Positions 18,613-29,268 of a stretch of DNA of 64,000 bases are shown here, piece after piece; position 1 is the first letter of the stretch; each line of letters begins with the position of its first letter. The notes beneath the pieces were generated by a model. It was not told the DNA's origin. It did no database searches and saw only the letters and a program-made list of their open reading frames with translations. A program made the position numbers and the translations under genes. Source of the stretch: Candidatus Aenigmatarchaeota archaeon (lineage in GTDB: Archaea > Aenigmatarchaeota > Aenigmatarchaeia > CG10238-14 > SpSt-28); the NCBI GenBank assembly GCA_032249395.1, contig JAVVFY010000002.1, forward strand, positions 45,421-109,420. The letters are read 5' to 3'.

Positions 18613-20712
18613 ATGAGTCTTCTTGACAAGCTAATTAAAGATAGTTGGAAAAACCGGATAAGAGAAAAATTGGAAGATCTTTACAGAATTAAAGACGAGT
18701 GGAGAGGCAACATAAGAGAAAAAATAGATCAGTTATATACTTTGTCAAAATCAGAAACCTTTTTAAGCACTATAAACAGAATAAGCGAGTATTCGCTAAA
18801 ATCTTCAGCATTCCTATTAATAACAACATTTGCCTTCTATCCTGGATTTGTTTCTAAAATTTTTTGGGCATTCCTAATATTATTTGTTATATTGGCATTA
18901 GCATCTATAGCATTAAAAATTTTCTTCCCAACCGCAATAATAAGAGCTACTATTTCAACTTTTCTTGGCGCCGATCCTCTCACTTCTGTTTTAAAATCGA
19001 TTGGAGCGATCCTCCTAATGCTTCTTTTTACTATATTTTTACCCTCCCCAAATTACTTTAAAACGTTCGAACCAATAGGAGAGCTTCCAGTTTATATTTT
19101 GTTTTTATTATCAGTTCTAGCATCATTCTTCCTTGCATCCTTAAGATTTCCGCAAATTTTTGTTTTTGGAGCAGCATACATTATTTTCTTATACTTTGTA
19201 TTACCAATTTCGATTTTCGCAGCAACAACAAAAACTTGCATAGAAAGCAAATCTCTATCTTCCATTCAAATACCTTTACTCTCAAGCGCAACAGATAGGT
19301 ATTCTTGTCAAAGGTTGACTAAATCTTCTTTAATGTTAACTGGAAAAGTTGAAACTATACCTTCTACTTCTGGAATTGATGTTAAAATTGGTTTAACACA
19401 AATGAATCCGTTGCCTGCTGGAAAAACTTTTAAAGAAGTTTTCATAATTACTAATAATTATCAAAAAAATGTAACATTAAATAGAATTTACCCGTATTTG
19501 AGAAGTTCATATTATAATGTGCTATTTGTACCTAAAGACTACCAACAGAAAAAAACAATGCTACTTACTAAAGAAAATTACGGAGAACAAATAGTTTTTG
19601 ACCCGTTTCAGCTAGATATTATAGTGCCTAGTGATAAAAGATGTAAGATAACCCAAGAATGGATGAAAGAACGAGGGTATGTTTCTGAATGTTCTTATGA
19701 AAATCCGTGTGAAGAAAAAAATGGTTTAAAAGCTGCTTGTGTTCAAGTAGGAACGTATTCGTGCAAATGTGTTGATTGGGTAGAAGCTACTTGTAGTGGG
19801 GCTCCTTTGAATTTGATAATTGATATGAGGCACACCGGATTCCTAAATGGTAGGGGAGCTCTATATTATTTTGAGGATTATAATCCTGCTTCTCTCCCTT
19901 CTTATAGATACATCCAATATCCTGCGGAAATTACAATATATTTCACGCCAAACCCTTGGTTTCAAAAAAGATATGCTGAATACATAGATGAAATCTATAT
20001 GTTCGCCCAGATAAAATTTTACTCAAAACAACCACGAATAACAAGACTCTCTGTAGAGCCAATAACAACAATAGTAAATATAACAGACGAAATTAACAAT
20101 GTAGTAATAACAGAATCTATAGGAATAAGGAAGAAAGATTGCAATTTGAAGGAAAAAATGGAAGAAATAAACTATGCTTTAAGTAGTAAGGGAGAATGGA
20201 CTGGAGTTTTGTGCACGTTTTATCCGCCATCAATAAATGTTGAAGTTAAAAACTTAACTGATGGAAGTACGATCGCTACTACTTCTGTATCGCTCTTGCT
20301 AATAAATCAGTACTGCAACGCTGAATACATAAACCTATCTTCATACAAAAGTTCTGCAGAAGCATTAGTAAAATACTATGAAAACCTTAGAGTAATAGAA
20401 TCTTTAAGTAAGGATATAAGAAGGACTATAGATAAATATGGATTTTGTTCTTATTTGAAAGGAGAAAAAGAAAAGGAAGAAATGAGAAAAAAGAGAATAA
20501 TAGAAAATAACATAAAAAGAATATATGTTTATGTTAGTTTTGATTACGTAACTTCGCAATATTTTGTTTCAAGAAATATTTATCCTTATTATACTCCAGC
20601 TTGCGAAGGAAAACAAGTAGCAAAGCAACCTGAAGAAAGTAGAGAAGCTTCTGAAGAAAAGAAAGAAGAACTGCAAACAAGCATTTCTGAAATGTTCCCA
20701 GAAATACTATAA
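18613..20712 (+). CDS. Large polytopic membrane protein with Cys-rich ectodomain
   Basis: About five TM helices in the first ~205 aa, then an ectodomain with many Cys (ECSYENPC...ACVQVGTYSCKCVDWVEATC). Confidence 0.7.
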   Translation: MSLLDKLIKDSWKNRIREKLEDLYRIKDEWRGNIREKIDQLYTLSKSETFLSTINRISEYSLKSSAFLLITTFAFYPGFVSKIFWAFLILFVILALASIALKIFFPTAIIRATISTFLGADPLTSVLKSIGAILLMLLFTIFLPSPNYFKTFEPIGELPVYILFLLSVLASFFLASLRFPQIFVFGAAYIIFLYFVLPISIFAATTKTCIESKSLSSIQIPLLSSATDRYSCQRLTKSSLMLTGKVETIPSTSGIDVKIGLTQMNPLPAGKTFKEVFIITNNYQKNVTLNRIYPYLRSSYYNVLFVPKDYQQKKTMLLTKENYGEQIVFDPFQLDIIVPSDKRCKITQEWMKERGYVSECSYENPCEEKNGLKAACVQVGTYSCKCVDWVEATCSGAPLNLIIDMRHTGFLNGRGALYYFEDYNPASLPSYRYIQYPAEITIYFTPNPWFQKRYAEYIDEIYMFAQIKFYSKQPRITRLSVEPITTIVNITDEINNVVITESIGIRKKDCNLKEKMEEINYALSSKGEWTGVLCTFYPPSINVEVKNLTDGSTIATTSVSLLLINQYCNAEYINLSSYKSSAEALVKYYENLRVIESLSKDIRRTIDKYGFCSYLKGEKEKEEMRKKRIIENNIKRIYVYVSFDYVTSQYFVSRNIYPYYTPACEGKQVAKQPEESREASEEKKEELQTSISEMFPEIL

Positions 20713-20758
20713 TCTTGATCAAAACTTTATATAATATAATAATTGAGAAATTAAAGTT

Positions 20759-21061
20759 ATGAGGGAAATACTTTATATTGTTGCAAGCGCTGCAGTAGTC
20801 GTTATATCAATATACATTCTTATAAAGTTGGGTTTCATTCCTTTTGCTGGCACAGTTAGTAAACAAGATTGCATAAACAATATAATGCTTGCCTGTGATG
20901 AATATAGAAGTAAAGGCAAAGTAGACGCTTTTAACAAAATTAGTAGTGGTTGTGCAGATATTGTAGAATCTGGATCTCTAAAAGAATGTTTAAGAAAGGA
21001 TATCAAGGAGGAATTAAAAAGACAATATTGTAGTGAGCTCTGTAAAGAGTTCGGACTATGA
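20759..21061 (+). CDS. Small Cys-rich pilin-like protein (paralogue of 21103-21429)
   Basis: N-terminal hydrophobic helix and a 6-Cys pattern shared with the next gene. Confidence 0.6.
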   Translation: MREILYIVASAAVVVISIYILIKLGFIPFAGTVSKQDCINNIMLACDEYRSKGKVDAFNKISSGCADIVESGSLKECLRKDIKEELKRQYCSELCKEFGL

Positions 21062-21102
21062 CCATAAAATAAAGTATTTAAATACGAAAAATAACAGGAT
21101 TA

Positions 21103-21429
21103 ATGAGGGGGATCACTTTAGAAACTGGTGTGATATTAGTAGTTTTGCTATTAATTGTGGCACTTCTATTCTACTACCTTTATATTAATTTTGTATCCTC
21201 ACAAAAAACCCTTACAGGACAACAATGCGATGCCCTATTAAACACTGCATGCCAGGCCTACCGACAAGGAACTCCTCCTGGTGCGGCTTTTAAAAATGTG
21301 CCAAATGAATGTGTAGATGTAGGAAATCGGCAGCATTTGAGTGCGTGTAAGGAAGGCAATAGAGAAGCATGTGAGATTATATGCGAACTATGGATAGTAG
21401 GAGAACCAGAAGAATTTGGAGTAATATAA
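21103..21429 (+). CDS. Type IV pilin-like protein, Cys-rich
   Basis: Class III signal MRG|ITLETGVILVVLLLIVALL; six Cys. Confidence 0.7.
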   Translation: MRGITLETGVILVVLLLIVALLFYYLYINFVSSQKTLTGQQCDALLNTACQAYRQGTPPGAAFKNVPNECVDVGNRQHLSACKEGNREACEIICELWIVGEPEEFGVI

Positions 21430-21452
21430 GAATCTCTTAAGGTGAAACTTCG

Positions 21453-22667
21453 ATGTGGAATAATAAAATTAAGTTTTATTCGTTTACTTTATTTCTTATC
21501 TCGCTTTTTTTACTTTTGTTAGCATCTTCTTTAACACTCGCAACAAACGTTCAAAGTCAATCTCAGAGCCTAGAAACTTTGGAGATAAAGCTTGGGAAAG
21601 GATGGAACATGGTATCTTTTCCATTTGAAAAGGCATATATATTTTTCAACGAAAGTGATTGCTACTTTCTATTCAACTTCGCAGGAAAATTAAAAGACCC
21701 AACTAAAAGGGCTTTTAGAGAAAGATACGAACCATACAACCTAAACCAAGAGAAAGATGAGCTTGGGGGAATACCACTAGTTATTTATTCTTATGAAGAG
21801 TGTACTCTAAAAGTTAAAGGAAGCGGAAGACTTACCGCAAATGAAATAAATAAGAGAGAAAATTTGGTGAATTTAACAAAGGGGTTGAATCACATACCAA
21901 TTCCTTATGGCGGAATTCAACTAACTCAACTAAAGGATTGTACAATCAACAGTGTTATGTATTACAATTCCTCAGAAGTATTTTACAAATGGTATAGATG
22001 GGAGCCTCTCGGATTCGGCCAAATAAAATTCTCTAAATCAAACGATACCAAAACATGGAGTGAAATATCAACATTAGATAACTATTATTTGCCACATGGA
22101 ATAAGCGTATTTATAGACGTAAAGGAGAAATGTAAATTAAGGTTTAGTGAAGAATCAACACAAACAGCTGTAACAACAACTACAACTACTCAGCAGACAA
22201 CAGGTCAAGTAAAAGTAATAGAAATAGAGTGTCATAATAGAAATGATTGGGATTCGTGTCCTAATAGAGTATATAATTTTGGAATTAGGGAAAACGAAAA
22301 AATTATAATATATAATTGCAATGCAACACAATTAGCAACTGAGCTTGGTGATTATTATTATACCTCTCGACTTTATTTTAATGTATCAACACAGAAAAAC
22401 CAGAAATGCAAACTTGAATGGAAAGTTGAATCATCCAATGCTGATCAGGGTTATTATCTTCGCATTTACACAAGTTCTACATCCTGTCCTCCTTATCCGT
22501 ATGATTGTATGAGCTTCGGAGAAGGGAATAATATTAAAATCGCTAAATGTACAAATGAAAGTTTCTCTGGAACCTCATATTCACTTGTGGCTGTAGACTC
22601 TCCAAGAAAACCATCACCAAAAGATACAATCTTTAACGTATCGGTTTCAATTACCGATTGCAAATAA
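21453..22667 (+). CDS. Secreted surface glycoprotein
   Basis: Signal peptide; repeated L.KG[WL]N...P motif; Thr-rich linker; Cys pairs and sequons. Confidence 0.65.
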   Translation: MWNNKIKFYSFTLFLISLFLLLLASSLTLATNVQSQSQSLETLEIKLGKGWNMVSFPFEKAYIFFNESDCYFLFNFAGKLKDPTKRAFRERYEPYNLNQEKDELGGIPLVIYSYEECTLKVKGSGRLTANEINKRENLVNLTKGLNHIPIPYGGIQLTQLKDCTINSVMYYNSSEVFYKWYRWEPLGFGQIKFSKSNDTKTWSEISTLDNYYLPHGISVFIDVKEKCKLRFSEESTQTAVTTTTTTQQTTGQVKVIEIECHNRNDWDSCPNRVYNFGIRENEKIIIYNCNATQLATELGDYYYTSRLYFNVSTQKNQKCKLEWKVESSNADQGYYLRIYTSSTSCPPYPYDCMSFGEGNNIKIAKCTNESFSGTSYSLVAVDSPRKPSPKDTIFNVSVSITDCK

Positions 22668-22673
22668 ATAAAA

Positions 22674-23843
22674 CTATAATGGTCTCCAACTATAATCATT
22701 GCTCGTTATAACTTCAAAAATTAAAGAAATGTTTCTAAACTTAGTAGTTCCTTCTAATTTGTCAAAAACTGGATATTGATCTTTAGTAGTAATATTAACG
22801 CTAGCACTAACTGCAGCAAAATACTTATACTCATAAACAAGATTATAATACATTTTGTAATATTCTCCACACATTCCACAATAACATTTGTTATCTTCAA
22901 ACTTAGATTTTTCGTAGCCATTTTGCCTACAATAATCATCGCAAGGAATGGTGCCATTATCTACTTGATACCAAACTTCTCTTTTGCATCCGCATGCTTT
23001 ATTCTCTTCAAATCTTTCATATTTTTCGCTACTTTCATGCTTTACTTTTATTTTATTAACTTTCATTTCAAGAAAGTTAAAAGCATATTCTTTGGGTTCT
23101 TCAGTTTTCTTAATAACTTTGTTTTTAAATTTTTCATCAGCGTCCTTACAATTCTCATCCAAAACGCTCTCTGCATCTTTCTTATTATATTCACAAACGT
23201 TTCCCAAATCAATTTTCTTGCACTTTTCTTCCATTTCCTCCTTTTCCACTTTTTCTATAATTTCTCTAACCTTATCTCTGCTTATAAAATCGCTTCTTCC
23301 AATATCATAAGAAGCAAAAACATCATACGGTAAATAAACTTCTCTACTAGCATTTTCACGAATAGCAAAAAAATTTCCTGAATAGTTAAAATGTTGATTA
23401 AAAGAAACTAGCATTATTGGTGCTAATCTTTCAGTAACATACTTAAAAGTAACCTTTGGATTAGAGAATTCGAAGCGTGGTTCAAAACTATTTAGGTTTT
23501 CCAAATATTGTGTTATATATTCTTCAGTCATACTTCTAATATTTTCTTCATAAGAAGGAAAGTTGACAGTTTCATAGTATCTCCATTCTTTTATGCTACT
23601 TTCATCTTTAAACCCACCCAATTTTCCAATTTCGTAAGCAGCCTGAAAGAATGAATAATTATAGGCTTTATCTAAACCAATCTTAACCGCCTCAACGAAG
23701 TCAACAGATTTTAAAATCTCGCTGCTCTTTAAAGAAATCTTTAAATTGATGTAATGGCTTGAAATAGCTGCATAAAAAGCTCCGCTAAAAGCTAGAATTA
23801 ATATAGCTATTGTAAGTATAACACCAACAAACGTCCCCTTCAT
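22674..23843 (-). CDS. Large pilin-like protein with class III signal
   Basis: MKG|TFVGVILTIAILIL; small Cys-rich insert (CGC...PCDDYC...KCYCGMC). Confidence 0.7.
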   Translation of the reverse strand: MKGTFVGVILTIAILILAFSGAFYAAISSHYINLKISLKSSEILKSVDFVEAVKIGLDKAYNYSFFQAAYEIGKLGGFKDESSIKEWRYYETVNFPSYEENIRSMTEEYITQYLENLNSFEPRFEFSNPKVTFKYVTERLAPIMLVSFNQHFNYSGNFFAIRENASREVYLPYDVFASYDIGRSDFISRDKVREIIEKVEKEEMEEKCKKIDLGNVCEYNKKDAESVLDENCKDADEKFKNKVIKKTEEPKEYAFNFLEMKVNKIKVKHESSEKYERFEENKACGCKREVWYQVDNGTIPCDDYCRQNGYEKSKFEDNKCYCGMCGEYYKMYYNLVYEYKYFAAVSASVNITTKDQYPVFDKLEGTTKFRNISLIFEVITSNDYSWRPL

Positions 23844-23850
23844 TCTCTAA

Positions 23851-24369
23851 TCACCTTCCAACCCCTACTCTATTATCGGAAGCTTTAGTAGTTGTTTCTG
23901 TTGGTTGTAATCTTTCTCCTTCTTCATAATTAAGATAAAGATATTCAATAAGCTTTGCATTGTTATAAGGAGTAAAAATTGGAACTGCTGCACTGAATCT
24001 AGTCTTAGAACAATCTCCAAAATATTCTTTTTTCTTGAACTCCAAAATAGTTTTAGAACCAAGAGTAACTTTATAGCATTTAGGAACTAAATCAAAATAT
24101 TGGAATAGGGAATCATTTAAAAAATTTATGAAATTCTCATCTTTATGATAATAAAAAGTAGAAATCATCTCATAAACACTTTTAGAGCTGTAATTCAAAG
24201 AAAGAAGAGAGAGTAACAACCTATAAGCTTCGTTACCTTCATACATAAATTTAATGCTTATCTCGCTTCTTACATTAACGAACCAAGACAATAGAGCAAC
24301 ACCAATAACAAATATAACTAAAGCAATAAGCAACATTCCTATGTCGAAAGGTGCAATTTGTCCTCTCAT
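23851..24369 (-). CDS. Pilin-like protein with class III signal
   Basis: MRG|QIAPFDIGMLLIALVIF; start overlaps the upstream stop. Confidence 0.72.
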   Translation of the reverse strand: MRGQIAPFDIGMLLIALVIFVIGVALLSWFVNVRSEISIKFMYEGNEAYRLLLSLLSLNYSSKSVYEMISTFYYHKDENFINFLNDSLFQYFDLVPKCYKVTLGSKTILEFKKKEYFGDCSKTRFSAAVPIFTPYNNAKLIEYLYLNYEEGERLQPTETTTKASDNRVGVGR

Positions 24370-25163
24370 TTTGTCCACTCCAATATAGCAACTATAACTC
24401 TTCCTTTGTGAATACTACCATCTTCATAAATTATATTTACTGGGAGACCTCTCTTCCCTATTGGATTCCCTGTTTGAAAAAAGTCTCTTATATACTCTCC
24501 GCTTTGTTCAAAACACTCAACAATCTTATCGGCAGAAAGTACAAAAGAAATTACAGAACCGACAGCACAGCCTGCAGCAACTCCTACAATAGCACCTACA
24601 CCAAAAATCCATTTTCCTGCTGCCACTCCCAGTGTAGCACCTGCTGCACAACCTTTAGGAACTCTAGGCGCAATAACACCAAAAGAGCAAGTAGCAAAAT
24701 TTGTAACTGGATTATCAAAAAGAATATCTTTTGTTAGGCTAACTGTGGCTCCTCCCCAAATCAAACATTCTTTTTTATCACATCTGTCTATATCTATAAT
24801 ATAAATCCATGAGATAGAATTAGGATAAGCCAAATCTAACTTTTCTAATGTAATCAAGTTGCTAGGGTTTATAGTTTGCCTTATAAAATCTTCATCAATC
24901 CCCTTGTTAGATTTAATAAAAATTTCATCAAGTTTTTTAGAATCGAGAACTCCTCTATATCTAATTCCATCCTTTTCGTAAACGATTTTTTCGTGAGAAA
25001 TTAAAGCATTTGCTAAATAAAAGGCGTCCCTTTCTGATCTAGCTTGCATGTTTAAAATGTGAATTTCTTGAAAATGCTTAAAAAGTATAGCTACTATAAA
25101 AGCTGCAACACCTACAGCAAAAAGCCCAGATATTATAACATTAGTCGTAACGTCGCCTCTCAT
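24366..25163 (-). CDS. Pilin-like protein with internal glycine-zipper hairpin
   Basis: MRG|DVTTNVIISGLFAVG; internal GCAAGATLGVAAGKWIFGVGAIVGVAAGCAVG. Confidence 0.72.
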   Translation of the reverse strand: MRGDVTTNVIISGLFAVGVAAFIVAILFKHFQEIHILNMQARSERDAFYLANALISHEKIVYEKDGIRYRGVLDSKKLDEIFIKSNKGIDEDFIRQTINPSNLITLEKLDLAYPNSISWIYIIDIDRCDKKECLIWGGATVSLTKDILFDNPVTNFATCSFGVIAPRVPKGCAAGATLGVAAGKWIFGVGAIVGVAAGCAVGSVISFVLSADKIVECFEQSGEYIRDFFQTGNPIGKRGLPVNIIYEDGSIHKGRVIVAILEWTK

Positions 25164-25613
25164 TCACTCCAACCTTGCATAAATTTCGTAATAAGATTTT
25201 CTATCCTTTTCAAACTTTTTGATATAAAATCTATTTACATCTTTGAAATTATAATCATCAAAACTTGTACAAAACGGAGATTTAAACGGTTCGCTTTTAA
25301 TAAAAGGCTGGGAAAACTTTGCATATACTTCAACTACTCTAGAAGCTATTTTTACGTCGTATAAAATGTTTTCAGAAGGTTTGTAATAAATATCTATCTC
25401 GCTTGGAGTTGAGCCAGCTGCAGACATTAAACTAGAAAGTTGTATCGCAACATTCTGAGAAGATGATTCTGCAATATTCTCAAAAATTAAAGATACCGCA
25501 TTAGAGAGTATTCTTGATAGTATGAGTAGAGTTATAATGGTAACAACAAATATTGCCAAAAACCATTCAATTTTTAGCTGAGATTTAAGTATTCTAATCT
25601 TTTTTGCAGACAT
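25164..25613 (-). CDS. Pilin-like protein with class III signal
   Basis: ...KS|QLKIEWFLAIFVVTIITLL. Confidence 0.68.
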   Translation of the reverse strand: MSAKKIRILKSQLKIEWFLAIFVVTIITLLILSRILSNAVSLIFENIAESSSQNVAIQLSSLMSAAGSTPSEIDIYYKPSENILYDVKIASRVVEVYAKFSQPFIKSEPFKSPFCTSFDDYNFKDVNRFYIKKFEKDRKSYYEIYARLE

Positions 25614-25851
25614 TTTCTCTACACCAATTCTCATCGATTTTAACATCACACCCTTCTAAAATAGATTGTGAAGGATTCTCATTTCTACACAAAGCATAGC
25701 AATATTCATTAACTTTTGCAGCACAACCAAACTTTGAAATAATCTCTACAAACTTATTCCCTACCACTTCATAAAGAATCAAAACAGTTGAAATTAAAGT
25801 AATTGCTATTAAAGCTAATTTAAAAACAAAAGACCAAGCAACAGATTTCAT
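25594..25851 (-). CDS. Small Cys-rich pilin-like protein
   Basis: MKS|VAWSFVFKLALIAI; six Cys in a ~40-aa head. Confidence 0.62.
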   Translation of the reverse strand: MKSVAWSFVFKLALIAITLISTVLILYEVVGNKFVEIISKFGCAAKVNEYCYALCRNENPSQSILEGCDVKIDENWCRENVCKKD

Positions 25852-25890
25852 ATAAAAATTATAAGATGATAGCGTAAATTCTTTTTAACT

Positions 25891-27042
25891 TTATACACCT
25901 AACGAAGGTGGAGGTGGAGTAGAGGGGCGAGGAGGAGTAGGAAGATGTAAACGTCCTTCATATGTTATGTTAAATGTTACATCTTGGAGAAAACATATTA
26001 TACCAACTTCTCCCATACAATCTTGAGTTATATCTTTTATTTTGACTCGAATGGATCCTCCTCCACTAGTTTGAAAAACTGTTTCAAAATCTTTACAATT
26101 ATTATTAGCAATATGATAGCTGCAAGAATCAGACAAAGTAGATTTTTTTCCACCTCCCCAAAAACTCATGTTTAACTTACCTATTTCGTCTTTTAAACTA
26201 AGTATGTAATTATAGTCTTTTAATTCATCGCCCTGCTTCTTTTCTGCATCAACGCTAATTCTAAGAAGTCTTTCATCAATCCCGTACCCCAACATCTCTC
26301 TATTGCCCTTAAAATCTACTTTAACTTCGTAAGACTGACCACTCGAATAAAACGAATAGTATCCAGAAAAAGACCCTTTCGTACCTACTGGTACGTATAT
26401 CCCACCTTTATAATAAATTATGCCAGATATTTCGTATGACGACTTATCTACTGTTGCTGACTCCAAACAAACATTTCCTTCTGGACATGAATATGGAGGA
26501 TTTTCTTCATTAACAAAATTAACAAGATTTACAGAGTTTCCAATAGTAAAAGATGCGAATCTAGAACCGGAATATACTTTACCTCCTTCGCCTGTCGGTC
26601 TCAGTAAAAACACGTATTCTTTTCCTGAATCTACATTTCTTTTATTTCTAAGAGTTTTAACCCTAACTTCCTGAGGTTCGCCGAGGTTTATTCTAAGTGG
26701 AAATTGCCAATAAGCTTTTCTACATTGCTCACCATCCGCTTTCAACGCGCTAGGTAGAGAACATATTTCGTCATAATTAATAAGAGAGAGTACTTCAATA
26801 TCTCTACACCACTTATCTACATTAGGATGTCTACAGCCAACACCTGTATTAGCACAAATGTGATAATAACAAATCAAAGCTTTTTCTAAAGGTGTTGGAG
26901 GAGAAAAAAATCCTTCAAAGAAATATACTACCGTATCCTTTGTCCATGAGAAAACTCTCATAAGAAGAATACCACTTAAAATAATAATAATAACCATTAT
27001 TATCAAAGAACCCACTACCGCAATTGGAATTGCTCCCCTCAT
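25891..27042 (-). CDS. Large pilin-like / adhesin-like protein
   Basis: MRG|AIPIAVVGSLIIMVII; Cys-rich domain; Pro-rich C-terminal tail. Confidence 0.7.
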   Translation of the reverse strand: MRGAIPIAVVGSLIIMVIIIILSGILLMRVFSWTKDTVVYFFEGFFSPPTPLEKALICYYHICANTGVGCRHPNVDKWCRDIEVLSLINYDEICSLPSALKADGEQCRKAYWQFPLRINLGEPQEVRVKTLRNKRNVDSGKEYVFLLRPTGEGGKVYSGSRFASFTIGNSVNLVNFVNEENPPYSCPEGNVCLESATVDKSSYEISGIIYYKGGIYVPVGTKGSFSGYYSFYSSGQSYEVKVDFKGNREMLGYGIDERLLRISVDAEKKQGDELKDYNYILSLKDEIGKLNMSFWGGGKKSTLSDSCSYHIANNNCKDFETVFQTSGGGSIRVKIKDITQDCMGEVGIICFLQDVTFNITYEGRLHLPTPPRPSTPPPPSLGV

Positions 27043-27070
27043 AACCTACTTATTTTTATAGAATAAAAAA

Positions 27071-27253
27071 TTAGCCACAAACTCTGCCTATAATCGGTAA
27101 TTTACTACATATATTTTTAATTAAATCTTCTATCAGCTCTATCAAAAATTCTTTAGTAGCTGGAATTAACCTAGAGTAAATTAACAAGATTAAAACCAAA
27201 CAAAGTATAAGTATGATTCCAGAACCTACTACCCAAATTGCCATTCCTTTCAC
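27071..27253 (-). CDS. Minimal pilin-like protein (60 aa)
   Basis: MKG|MAIWVVGSGIILIL; one C-terminal Cys pair. Confidence 0.65.
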   Translation of the reverse strand: MKGMAIWVVGSGIILILCLVLILLIYSRLIPATKEFLIELIEDLIKNICSKLPIIGRVCG

Positions 27254-27376
27254 TCAACCACCACTTAAAATTCTCCTAACCATTTCATTAGAAACAATAT
27301 AATAAATAACAATAGCAAATAGAAAAAGAATTAGTAAAACTATCAAAGCCATTGTTTTTGATACGGTAGAGCTCAT
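27254..27376 (-). CDS. 40-aa single-helix membrane or pilin-like peptide
   Basis: MSSTVSKTMALIVLLILFLFAIVIYYIVSNEMVRRILSGG; ATG overlaps the stop of the platform gene and the ORF abuts the next start. Confidence 0.55.
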   Translation of the reverse strand: MSSTVSKTMALIVLLILFLFAIVIYYIVSNEMVRRILSGG

Positions 27377-29268
27377 AATATAATAGGATAAGCTGAAATT
27401 ATAAGTTTCATTATATAATATAAACCAACAGAAAATAAACAATAAATTATCAGAGATATTAAAACTGCCTTTCCTATATCTTTTATTTTGCTTACTTCGT
27501 CTTCTCCGTATTTCAACTCTCCTAAGAAATAAGAAAGCATAACAACTATAGAAATCATGTATAAACCAATAACTATTTGGAATTCTGGAAGATATATTGT
27601 TTTTGATAAGCCTAACAACCAACCCATAGCCTCTAGAGTAGTTTTATATTCTTTACCAGTAAACGCTCTTTCCAACTCTTGTAAAGGTGCGACAAAAGTA
27701 TAAAACACTATAGCTAACATTGATAGTAAACCTACTATAATTCCTGCACTCAAAGGTGCAAATATATAAACAATTATCTTCATGTCAGAGGTTACTTCAT
27801 CTAAAATCTCATCAGTAAATTTATTAACATCTTTCGCATCTTCCAAAAATCTTGCAATGGAATCTAAAGCCCTTGAAATAGCTAAACTACCTTTATTGGC
27901 AAGGTCTATAACAGTTTTTATAACAACTTTAATCATTCTTGAATTATAGCTTCTTAAAGCCCCAACATTTTCATCAAAAAAAGCCTTCTCCAAACTTAAG
28001 CCATACTTCATTTTTTCTGAAGCTTTTGAAAAAATCTCTTTTATACTTAAATCCTTAAGATGAGTTGGTACTTCTTCTATAATCCTCTCTATAGGTTTTC
28101 CTGTTCTGCACAAAGATGCTAGTTGATATGAAGCGGTAGGTAATTCGTCTTCAAAAACTAAAATTTTATTATTAGTTTCTTCTAAACCAAATCTGTAAAA
28201 ATAGCTTGCAAGAAAAATTGTTAAACCTATAGAAATTGTAACACCAACAGAAGCAAGAAATTGTTTATCTCCAAATTCTCCCTTAGATGAAAAAACTATA
28301 AATAAAAGCGGTGTTGTTAAAACTACTATAAACAAAAGAGAAAATATCGTAACCATTATTTTTCTGTTTTTGTGTTCTATACTAGAAAACTCTATTTGAT
28401 GATAAGAATATGGTCTAGAATAAAAATGTTGTCTTAGCAACAAGTAAATTATGGACGGCAATATAATAAGATAAAGAATATATATAAAGCTAGTTTTTAT
28501 TATATCAGGCAAGAAAATAGAAGCTAAGGGTAAAAAAATCATCAACAATAAAGGTAAAAACACTCCAAAATTAGTTAGTATACTCAATGGTGTTTTTAGA
28601 TTAAGGGCATAGTCTTTCATTCTAGTTTTTGTCTTTTTTAATACCATTTCCACAGCTTCATTAATAGTTTCATGAAATTTATCTTCTGATAAATTAATGC
28701 TACTCTTCAAAAGCGAAATAGCGTCAACGAATTCTTCGCTTTCCTTCCTCCACTTTTCAGCTACCTTAGAAAGTTCTTCCGAGATTGATATAGATTTGCC
28801 TGTTTGAACATTCCAAAGTGCTCTCTTTAAATCTAGGCCAAGCAATCCTCTCAAATTATTTGCGGCAAAACTTACTGCAACTTCTAAATTTTTAGTAGTT
28901 TGTAACGAAATAGACATGTAAATTATTGAAAGGACCATCTCAGAAGAAAATTTAGACCTATAGTAAATTGTTTGAAACTTTGTGTAATTAAATAAAAAGT
29001 AAAAAATGATTAACGAAAGAAGTAGAAAGCTTATTATAAAATCTATAGTTGCAAAACCAAAGAAATATAGAATTAAATAAGATATAAAGAAAAAAACAGT
29101 TGGAACTATTATAGAAGTTGAAAAAACTTCGGATGGAGTTACTTCAAAATGACAAAAATCTATCTCTTCTTTCAATCTTTTTTCAAAAAATTTAGGAACT
29201 GGAATTTTAATCTTGCCAAAAATTTTACAAAACTTCTCGAAATTTGTAAGCTTTCTGTATTCGCTCAT
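27373..29268 (-). CDS. Type IV pilus membrane platform protein (TadC/ArlJ-like, two T2SSF domains)
   Basis: Polytopic, with two soluble T2SSF-like segments; directly downstream of the ATPase. Confidence 0.85.
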   Translation of the reverse strand: MSEYRKLTNFEKFCKIFGKIKIPVPKFFEKRLKEEIDFCHFEVTPSEVFSTSIIVPTVFFFISYLILYFFGFATIDFIISFLLLSLIIFYFLFNYTKFQTIYYRSKFSSEMVLSIIYMSISLQTTKNLEVAVSFAANNLRGLLGLDLKRALWNVQTGKSISISEELSKVAEKWRKESEEFVDAISLLKSSINLSEDKFHETINEAVEMVLKKTKTRMKDYALNLKTPLSILTNFGVFLPLLLMIFLPLASIFLPDIIKTSFIYILYLIILPSIIYLLLRQHFYSRPYSYHQIEFSSIEHKNRKIMVTIFSLLFIVVLTTPLLFIVFSSKGEFGDKQFLASVGVTISIGLTIFLASYFYRFGLEETNNKILVFEDELPTASYQLASLCRTGKPIERIIEEVPTHLKDLSIKEIFSKASEKMKYGLSLEKAFFDENVGALRSYNSRMIKVVIKTVIDLANKGSLAISRALDSIARFLEDAKDVNKFTDEILDEVTSDMKIIVYIFAPLSAGIIVGLLSMLAIVFYTFVAPLQELERAFTGKEYKTTLEAMGWLLGLSKTIYLPEFQIVIGLYMISIVVMLSYFLGELKYGEDEVSKIKDIGKAVLISLIIYCLFSVGLYYIMKLIISAYPIIL

